Assembly (NCBI GenBank): GCA_963719805.1
Contig: CAVRDF010000004.1
Span: forward strand, 150,716-214,715
Source of the DNA: an uncultured Alphaproteobacteria bacterium
GTDB lineage: Bacteria > Pseudomonadota > Alphaproteobacteria > Acetobacterales > Acetobacteraceae
Reading direction: 5' to 3'
DNA length: 64,000 bases
In this document: positions 57,714 through 64,000 of the stretch, piece after piece
How the letters are laid out: the number at the start of each line of letters is the position of its first letter
How positions within the stretch are numbered: the first letter of the stretch is position 1
Program-made: the position numbers and the translations under genes
The notes under the pieces: model-generated
Seen by the model: only the letters and a program-made list of their open reading frames with translations
The model's database searches: none
Told to the model about the DNA's origin: nothing

Positions 57714-58726
57714 CATCGTTCCGGCCGTTACTACGCAAAGCAGCCTATCGCAGCGGCGTATTGTCGCTCGTTCGTCATGGTGTACGGCAGGCGCTTACCG
57801 CCATCATGCTCCATCGCGTCGTGGATCCTGCGGATCCGGATTTTCCGCACGACGACCCGACCTACACGGTCTCTGCACCGCTTTTCGATCAGTTCCTGGA
57901 TTTCGTGCAGGACCATTACACGGTGGTCGACATACACCAGGTCATGCAAGCGTGCGCCGGTGCCAAACCTCTGCCTGAGCACGCGATGCTGATCACCTTT
58001 GACGATGGGTGGGCTGACAATCTCCGGTATGCGGCACCGCTGCTGCAGGCTCATTCGATGCCAGCGATCATCTTCGTCGCGGCAGAGGCAGTGCTGAACA
58101 ACTCGATGGCATGGTGGCATGAGCAAGTCTTCGCGGCGGATCGCTCAGGATTGCTGACCGGCTGGCTGGAGAATGACACCGTTCGCAAGCTGGTTGCCGG
58201 CAAGGACACCGCAGCTGCCGGAATGCATCCGCTTGAAGTGGTGACGCGGCTGGCCAAGATGGAACCCGACGATCGCGCGCCAATCCTGGCAACGCTGCCA
58301 TCGCGCCCGTGCCATTCCCGTATGATGCTGCGTCCTGATGAGTTACCGAAACTGGCGTCGTTTGGCATCGATGTCGGTGTGCATGGCTATCGCCATGTTC
58401 CGTTGACCGCAATCGATGATGTGCAAACCGAACTGTCGCGCTCGCGGGAGGCGATTGCCTGCGCCTCTCAAGGTGCGGCAGTCACCACTGCACTTGGGTG
58501 TCCGCATGGACGCTATAACGAACGCGTCGTCGCCGGGGCACACGCGGCAGGCATCAAGCTCGTTTTCACCAGCGATGAAGTGCTGAATACGACCCGAAAC
58601 GGCATGCTGACGACGGACCGTCCATTTGGCCGGGTGGCAATTCCGGCGCTTGCGGTCCAGTCCAGTCGTGACCGGCTGGATCGCGGCAAGGCAGCGCGCT
58701 GGTTGTGGGACCGGAAATGTCAGTAA
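57710..58726 (+). CDS. polysaccharide deacetylase (NodB-homology, CE4)
   Basis: ATGA overlap with the upstream GT2. Contains the NodB motifs MLITFDDGWADN and GVHGYRHVPL. Confidence 0.85.
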   Translation: MTSFRPLLRKAAYRSGVLSLVRHGVRQALTAIMLHRVVDPADPDFPHDDPTYTVSAPLFDQFLDFVQDHYTVVDIHQVMQACAGAKPLPEHAMLITFDDGWADNLRYAAPLLQAHSMPAIIFVAAEAVLNNSMAWWHEQVFAADRSGLLTGWLENDTVRKLVAGKDTAAAGMHPLEVVTRLAKMEPDDRAPILATLPSRPCHSRMMLRPDELPKLASFGIDVGVHGYRHVPLTAIDDVQTELSRSREAIACASQGAAVTTALGCPHGRYNERVVAGAHAAGIKLVFTSDEVLNTTRNGMLTTDRPFGRVAIPALAVQSSRDRLDRGKAARWLWDRKCQ

Positions 58727-60792
58727 CCATGCTTCAGCAGGACGGCACGAGCAGGACCGCGCCAACGGTTACCGTGCTTATCCCGGCATATAACGCCGCG
58801 AGCACAATTCGACGGGCGATTGATTCGGTTTTCGCACAGTCCTACCAAGACTACGAAGTCATCGTCGTTGACGATGGGAGCCGTGACACAACATCCGATG
58901 TTGTCGCGTCGTATAGTGACGAACGGATCAGGCTCCTCAAGCTGGCGCAAAACTGCGGTGAAAGCGGGGCCATGAATGAAGGCATCGCTGCCGCACGCGG
59001 GGAGCTGGTTGCGTTTCTGGATGCCGATGATGAGTGGTTGCCGCAGAAGCTGAGCAAGCAGGTCGAAGCACTGCAGAAGCAGCCCGCGATGATTATGGCG
59101 ACATGCGGCTGCCGCTTCACCGACGCTGAAGGGACGGTCTATCGCGAATTTGGCATGCCGCCCGCTGGACTTGATGAGAACAAGGTGTGGCGTTCGTTGC
59201 TGTCCGGCAGCTTCATTGCGAAGCCATGCGTGGTCGCGCGCACTTCCGCGCTCCGCACCGTGGGACCGTTTGATACGGCTCTTGCCATTGCGGCCGACCA
59301 GGATATGTGGATCAGGCTGGCCATGGCCGGACCGGTGGCATTCATCCATGAGTATCTCACTATCGTGCATGATACGCCCGGCAGCCTGACAAGGGTGTAT
59401 GCAACAAAGGCCGACAAGTACGTGCTGCCAATGATCATGCGGCACATCACGGCTCAGCGTCACCAGTTGTCGGACGCCGAAGTGCAGCAAATCCTTGGTG
59501 CACGCTATACGTCTGTCGGACGCAACCTGTATCTGACCGGTTCGCTCGTACGTGGCACGCGGCTCATCATGCGCGCTGTGGCAAAGGATCATCTGGTTCA
59601 GGAGAACCTCTGGTATCTCGCAGCGGCGTCGCCGCCGGCGAAGGCTGTGAAAAGGCTGGTAGGACACCCGGCGAGCAAGCGCAAAGCGGTAGGGGCCGTC
59701 CAGCCGTTGGCAGCCAATGACGGGGTGCTGATAGCCCCGCATGAACGGGCCTTTGCAGTGGTGCCGCCGGGACCCCCCATTCTCATCGTCATGATCGATG
59801 CAGAGGCCGAGTTCGACTGGAATGGCCCATTTCTGCGCTCGCACATGAGCGTGCGGAACATGAGCCAACAGGCGTTGGCGCAGGACATTTTCGATCGGCT
59901 TGGCGTTCGTCCGACCTATCTGGTCGATTATGCGGTGGCTACCCAGTCGGAAGGCTTTGGGCCGCTTCGCGAATTTCTCCAGTCGGACCTTTGTGAAATT
60001 GGCAGTCATCTGCAGCCGTGGGAGAATCCGCCGTTTTCCGAGGAGCTGAGTGTTCAGACCTCGTTCAATACCAACCTCCCGGCATGGCTGCAGAAGGAGA
60101 AATTGCTGCGGCTCACGGATGCAATCGTCAGTACTTTTGGCATCCGGCCGTCTTCGTATCGCGCGGGGCGCTACGGCGTGGGCGAGGAGATCGCCTGGAT
60201 TCTCGACGCGCTCGACTACCAGATCGATCTCAGCGTGTTGCCGGGTCATGACCTGCGGCGGCGCCACGGACCTGACTTTCGGCGCTCAAGCAATCGGCCC
60301 TACTGGTTCGGTCCCGGTCAGAAGCTGCTCGAGATTCCGCTGACCACCGGCTTCTCTGGCCTGTTGTCGAGTGGCCGTGAGCCTCAGTCGGCCAATGCGA
60401 CACTATATTCGGCACTCTCCGGACCCGCCGGCACCAGGTTGCACTTGCCGGGGATTTTTGCGCGTCTCGGCCTGCTCGAGCGGATTACGCTGTCGCCGGA
60501 AGGCATGTCTATCGAGGAGCTCAAACGGCTGACACGTCTGCTTGTGCGGCGTGGGCAGCACGTGTTCACTTTCAACTATCACAGTTCGGCACTCCTGCCG
60601 GGATACACACCCTATGTGCGCTCGCAGACCGAGCTCGATGGATTGATACGAACAATCGAAGAGTATCTTCACTTCTTCATGGGGGAGATTGGCGGCATCT
60701 CGATGACGCCGATGCAGTTCCTCTCGCATGTACGTCCGCCGGCACGAAAGGTCACGCAGGCTCATAGCCGTGTCAACTCTCTGGTGACGTGA
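58717..60792 (+). CDS. bifunctional fusion: GT2 (paralogue B) + WalW-like carbohydrate-esterase/deacetylase-type domain
   Basis: The N-terminal ~330 aa are collinear with the 56745 GT2 (VTVLIPAYNAASTI...VVDDGSRD...GESGAMNEG...FLDADDEWLP). A Pro/Ala linker follows. The C-terminal ~330 aa start ILIVMIDAEAEFDWNGPF...SYRAGRYGVG.... An alternative ATG lies at 58729. Confidence 0.8.
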   Translation: MSVTMLQQDGTSRTAPTVTVLIPAYNAASTIRRAIDSVFAQSYQDYEVIVVDDGSRDTTSDVVASYSDERIRLLKLAQNCGESGAMNEGIAAARGELVAFLDADDEWLPQKLSKQVEALQKQPAMIMATCGCRFTDAEGTVYREFGMPPAGLDENKVWRSLLSGSFIAKPCVVARTSALRTVGPFDTALAIAADQDMWIRLAMAGPVAFIHEYLTIVHDTPGSLTRVYATKADKYVLPMIMRHITAQRHQLSDAEVQQILGARYTSVGRNLYLTGSLVRGTRLIMRAVAKDHLVQENLWYLAAASPPAKAVKRLVGHPASKRKAVGAVQPLAANDGVLIAPHERAFAVVPPGPPILIVMIDAEAEFDWNGPFLRSHMSVRNMSQQALAQDIFDRLGVRPTYLVDYAVATQSEGFGPLREFLQSDLCEIGSHLQPWENPPFSEELSVQTSFNTNLPAWLQKEKLLRLTDAIVSTFGIRPSSYRAGRYGVGEEIAWILDALDYQIDLSVLPGHDLRRRHGPDFRRSSNRPYWFGPGQKLLEIPLTTGFSGLLSSGREPQSANATLYSALSGPAGTRLHLPGIFARLGLLERITLSPEGMSIEELKRLTRLLVRRGQHVFTFNYHSSALLPGYTPYVRSQTELDGLIRTIEEYLHFFMGEIGGISMTPMQFLSHVRPPARKVTQAHSRVNSLVT

Positions 60793-60807
60793 GCGGACAG
60801 TGTTCGG

Positions 60808-61992
60808 TTGAACATCACTCCGGAATTCACCATCGAAGAGATTGCCGGTGCGGATGAACTTGCACCGGTCTGGGTAGAACTCGAGGCCCGTGCTGACGCT
60901 CCATTCTATCTTTCATGGGATTGGATCGGATGCTGGCTGCGAGAGGCAAAGCTGCGGCCCACAGTGCTGGCCGGCCGTATCGCGGGACGCATCGTTTTGC
61001 TGGCTGTGGTGACGCCGGCGAGTCGGCGCGATGTGCTGCCGATCGCCTTCCACGGGCTGCATCTGAACATGAGCGGCGTGCCGGCACAGGATATCATCAC
61101 AACCGAATATAATGGCTTTCTGATTGATCGTGACTGGGCAGGCAGCATCGAATCGAAGGCCATTGCATTTCTCTTGCGTGGACTCGTTGTGGCTGGTCAG
61201 CGCCGTGACGAGCTGCATTTGAAGAATGTGGCGGATGGCTTTCAGCGATGGCTGCCTGAAAGCGGCCTGACCGTGCGTGAATTGCAGCGCAAACCGTCCT
61301 GGCGCGTCGACCTCAGTGCTATCCGTGTGGGAGAGAAGTCGTACCTCAACGGTCTGAGTTCAAACACCCGTCAACAGATCCGCCGCTCGATGCGGCTTTA
61401 TGAACAGCATGGCAAACTGTCCGCATCGCGCGCCGCGACGGTGCCGGAAGCGCTGGAGTACCTCGATGGACTGGCCGAACTGCACCAGCGCTATTGGAAC
61501 AGCCGCGGTGAACCGGGGGGCTTTTCGTTCCAATTCTTCGCGGCGTTTCAGCGGAGCCTGATACAGACCTGCCTGCCGCGCGGCACCGTCGAAATCATCA
61601 AGGTCGCCGCTGGCGATCATATCATCGGCTATGTCTACAACATGGTCTACCGCGGCGAGGTGAGTGCATATCAGACCGGCTTCAATTACGAAAGCGATGC
61701 ACGATTGAAGCCCGGCCTGGTCAGTCATACGCTGTGCATTGAACAGCATATACGCGACGGTTCCGCCGTGTATGATTTTCTGGCTGGCGAACATCGTTAC
61801 AAGGCGAACCTGGGTGACCCGGGTCCCGATCTGATTTACCTGCTGGCGGAGCGTCCAACCCTAGCATTGATGGCTGAGACCCGGTTGCACGATGCAAGGC
61901 GCAAACTGGGGGCGGTTTGGAGGCAATTGCGTCAGACCCATCGGGTCGGTGCTAGCCCGCGTGCACACCGCGCGTCGAACGTTGATCCGTGA
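60808..61992 (+). CDS. CelD/FemAB-like GNAT acyltransferase (intact paralogue)
   Basis: TTG start. Contains [11 protein letters not shown]...[11 protein letters not shown]...[22 protein letters not shown]...[14 protein letters not shown]...[11 protein letters not shown] (Acetyltransf_6/CelD-type blocks). Its 3' end overlaps the convergent UXS gene by 41 nt. Confidence 0.75.
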   Translation: MNITPEFTIEEIAGADELAPVWVELEARADAPFYLSWDWIGCWLREAKLRPTVLAGRIAGRIVLLAVVTPASRRDVLPIAFHGLHLNMSGVPAQDIITTEYNGFLIDRDWAGSIESKAIAFLLRGLVVAGQRRDELHLKNVADGFQRWLPESGLTVRELQRKPSWRVDLSAIRVGEKSYLNGLSSNTRQQIRRSMRLYEQHGKLSASRAATVPEALEYLDGLAELHQRYWNSRGEPGGFSFQFFAAFQRSLIQTCLPRGTVEIIKVAAGDHIIGYVYNMVYRGEVSAYQTGFNYESDARLKPGLVSHTLCIEQHIRDGSAVYDFLAGEHRYKANLGDPGPDLIYLLAERPTLALMAETRLHDARRKLGAVWRQLRQTHRVGASPRAHRASNVDP

Positions 61993-62932
61993 GCAACCGG
62001 CCAAAGTAGGCAATGGTCTGTCCAAGGCCGACGTCCAGTCCCACCGTTGGTTCCCAACCCAGGATCCGCCGCGCCAGGCCAATGTCCGGACAACGCTGCA
62101 TCGGGTCGTCTTGCGGCAGTTCACGATAGGTAATCCGAGACTTGGAAGCGGACAGGCGCATCACACGATTGGCCAATTCGCTCACCATGACCTCGTGCGG
62201 ATTGCCAAGATTGATCGGCCCGGTGAAGTCGTCACCCGTGGCCATCAGTCGGACCAAACCATCGATCAGATCGTCGACATAGCAAAAGGCCCGCGTCTGG
62301 CTGCCGCTGCCATACAGCGTGATGTCCTGACCCTGCAGCGCCTGGACAATAAAGTTCGATACGACCCGGCCGTCGTTCGGGTGCATGCGCGGACCGTACG
62401 TGTTGAAGATTCGCGCCACCTTGATGCGTGTGTGATGTTGCCGGGAATAGTCGAAAAACAGCGTCTCCGCACAACGCTTGCCTTCATCGTAGCATGCGCG
62501 CGGACCCAACGGATTGACGTTGCCCCGATAGTCCTCCGGCTGAGGATGGACCGTCGGATCGCCGTACACTTCGCTCGTGGAGGCTTGCAGGATCTTTGCG
62601 CCAATCCGTTTGGCGAGGCCAAGCATGTTGATCGCGCCAATTACACTGGTCTTTGTGGTCTGCACCGGGTCGAATTGGTAATGCACCGGCGAGGCCGGGC
62701 AGGCCAGATTGTAGATTTCGTCGACTTCGATATACAGCGGGAAGGTGATGTCATGCCGCATAGCCTCGAAGTGCGGATCGCCGATCAGGTGGGCGATATT
62801 GTCCTTCCGGCCAGTGAAGTAATTATCGACACACAGCACATCATCGCCGTCGCGCAGCAGCCGTTCGCATAGATGCGAACCCAGGAAGCCGGCGCCACCG
62901 GTTACCAACACACGCTTGCGCGTGAGTGTCAT
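61952..62932 (-). CDS. UDP-glucuronate decarboxylase (UDP-xylose synthase)
   Basis: Contains [39 protein letters not shown], catalytic YDEGKR and [11 protein letters not shown]. The product is UXS-like end to end. Confidence 0.9.
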   Translation of the reverse strand: MTLTRKRVLVTGGAGFLGSHLCERLLRDGDDVLCVDNYFTGRKDNIAHLIGDPHFEAMRHDITFPLYIEVDEIYNLACPASPVHYQFDPVQTTKTSVIGAINMLGLAKRIGAKILQASTSEVYGDPTVHPQPEDYRGNVNPLGPRACYDEGKRCAETLFFDYSRQHHTRIKVARIFNTYGPRMHPNDGRVVSNFIVQALQGQDITLYGSGSQTRAFCYVDDLIDGLVRLMATGDDFTGPINLGNPHEVMVSELANRVMRLSASKSRITYRELPQDDPMQRCPDIGLARRILGWEPTVGLDVGLGQTIAYFGRLLTDQRSTRGVHAG

Positions 62933-63693
62933 TACCCTGCGCTTCGCAAGCAGGTCGCCCGGTCTGCAGGTGGTCCGAATTCGCGCGGCCGCAGCCCAGC
63001 GTGGAACCAGGTGATCAGCGAATAGATGTCATAGATTGGCAGGCCCAGTGCCTCGCGCAGCGCGAATGCGTAAGGCGGCATGTTGGTGCACTCGAGCACG
63101 ATTGCGCCGATATCGGGATGGCGCGCCACCAACCGTCGCCCGGCGTCCAGGATATCCGCGGCGGCCAGTGCTACGTCCATGTCCTGTTTCTCGCCGCGCA
63201 CCAGCACGCGGAAGAATTCGCGGCCGTCCTCAGTGCCGATAAATGGCGTATCGGGTGGGACGCCTGCCGCCGCAAGGTGCCGCGGCGTGAGTGACTGGCC
63301 CGAGACCGTGATGACACCGACGCGCTTGCCGGGCGGCAACGTCTGTTGCACCCAGGGCACCTGGATCAGCGAACTGGTGGCAACCGGGACCCGCACGTGC
63401 GCGGCCAGTTCGGCCTGGAATAGCGACAGGAATCCGCAGTTGGTGGTAATCGCCTCGGCACCTTGATCCACCAGTTCCGCCGCCGCCGACAGGAAGGCAT
63501 CCAGCAGCCCGGCCGCCGCATTCAGCACCACACGCTCCGGCGTGGCGCCTTTCACCACGCGATACAGCACGGGAAATGGCCACGTCGTGGCATTGCCCAT
63601 GTCACCAGGAATGCGCGGAAACCGCGCCTCCAGCATAAGGATACCCAGCGGTGCGCCATATAGCGCCTTGCCGCCCTTGGCGATGATCTGCAT
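62932..63693 (-). CDS. Asp/Glu/hydantoin-racemase-superfamily protein
   Basis: The 253-aa product contains [12 protein letters not shown] and [11 protein letters not shown], the two Cys-containing half-site motifs of this superfamily. Its stop overlaps the UXS start (TAATG). Confidence 0.7.
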   Translation of the reverse strand: MQIIAKGGKALYGAPLGILMLEARFPRIPGDMGNATTWPFPVLYRVVKGATPERVVLNAAAGLLDAFLSAAAELVDQGAEAITTNCGFLSLFQAELAAHVRVPVATSSLIQVPWVQQTLPPGKRVGVITVSGQSLTPRHLAAAGVPPDTPFIGTEDGREFFRVLVRGEKQDMDVALAAADILDAGRRLVARHPDIGAIVLECTNMPPYAFALREALGLPIYDIYSLITWFHAGLRPREFGPPADRATCLRSAG

Positions 63694-63731
63694 GCTGCGA
63701 ACATGCCCTATTCGGACGATAGGAGAAAGTA

Positions 63732-64000
63732 ATGGCCGAGCGGCCGTTTACCCAGGCTGACCTTGACGTGCTCGCACAGTGGGACACGCCAACAATCTGC
63801 AACGGCCTGGAGATCACCTCGCCCGACCGCCGTGCGTTTGGCTACACGGTGGAGCCGATGGTCTGCCTGTATCCAAAGGCAAAGCCCATCGTGGGGCTGG
63901 CGCGCGTCGGCATGATCCGCTCGACCGAACCGCCGCGTGGCAAGGTGGTCGACCGCGCCGACTGGTACGATTACGTCGCTGCAAAGGACTTTCCTACGAT
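63732..64000 (+). CDS. RraA-family protein, N-terminal fragment (runs off the 3' edge)
   Basis: AGGAGA lies 5 nt upstream of the ATG. MAERPFTQADLDVLAQWDTPTICNGLE... is the typical N-terminus of RraA/HMG-aldolase-like proteins. Confidence 0.7.
   Translation, partial: MAERPFTQADLDVLAQWDTPTICNGLEITSPDRRAFGYTVEPMVCLYPKAKPIVGLARVGMIRSTEPPRGKVVDRADWYDYVAAKDFPT

Noticed and set aside
58720-60267. 515-aa ORF on the minus strand
   Set aside because: It is antisense to the GT2::WalW-like fusion, which is supported by paralogy with the 56745 GT2.
1-64000. Prophage, IS element, integrative island or defence system
   Set aside because: I found no integrase, transposase, recombinase, phage structural gene, nuclease/helicase/ATPase defence module or flanking direct repeats. 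The only mobile-element-like traces are the VapC relic and the lower-GC segments.

Overview
This is a high-GC alphaproteobacterial chromosomal segment. A paired REP-type palindrome of the kind common in Bradyrhizobium/Rhodopseudomonas-like genomes points to a Nitrobacteraceae-like host. I count about 58 densely packed protein-coding genes, many with ATGA/TGATG start-stop overlaps. I saw no rRNA, tRNA, CRISPR array, integrase or transposase. Gene order: tail of an RND pump plus a NodT outer-membrane lipoprotein; GGT; polysaccharide export/polymerisation locus I (Wzx-like flippase, unknown 433-aa membrane protein, GalE, ExoP/Wzc-type tyrosine autokinase, Wza-like exporter, terminal FmdB zinc ribbon); MepA; an RraA-like/HutF-like/FAD-monooxygenase/cupin unit; amino-acid ABC parts, M20 amidohydrolase, atypical SDR and hydantoinase B/A; a large calpain-type cysteine protease fused to an RTX-like repeat array; an orphan family-5 binding protein; GlgX; small stress and hydrolase genes; a Liv-type branched-chain amino-acid transporter with two tandem binding proteins and a LivM-LivG fusion; threonine aldolase; glycan locus IIa (WecB/TagA, two GT2, ExoY-like priming transferase, GtrA); dppBCDF-like genes; a VapC relic; form-II coxSLM; an alpha/beta hydrolase; another family-5 binding protein; glycan locus IIb (sulfotransferase, two CelD/FemAB-like GNATs, two paralogous GT2, NodB deacetylase, GT2::WalW-like fusion); and UDP-xylose synthase coupled to an Asp/Glu-racemase-family gene, divergent from a second RraA-like gene. 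The best candidates for novelty are two. First, the orphan secreted calpain-like protease with nine 46-47-aa RTX-like modules. Second, the lower-GC sulfotransferase-led operon, whose duplicated GT2 + deacetylase + FemAB-like modules suggest a deacetylate, re-acylate and sulfate glycan-tailoring pathway. Two genes (hyuB-like and the first CelD-like gene) carry apparent 1-nt frameshifts. All family assignments come from reading motifs in the translations. No database search was run.
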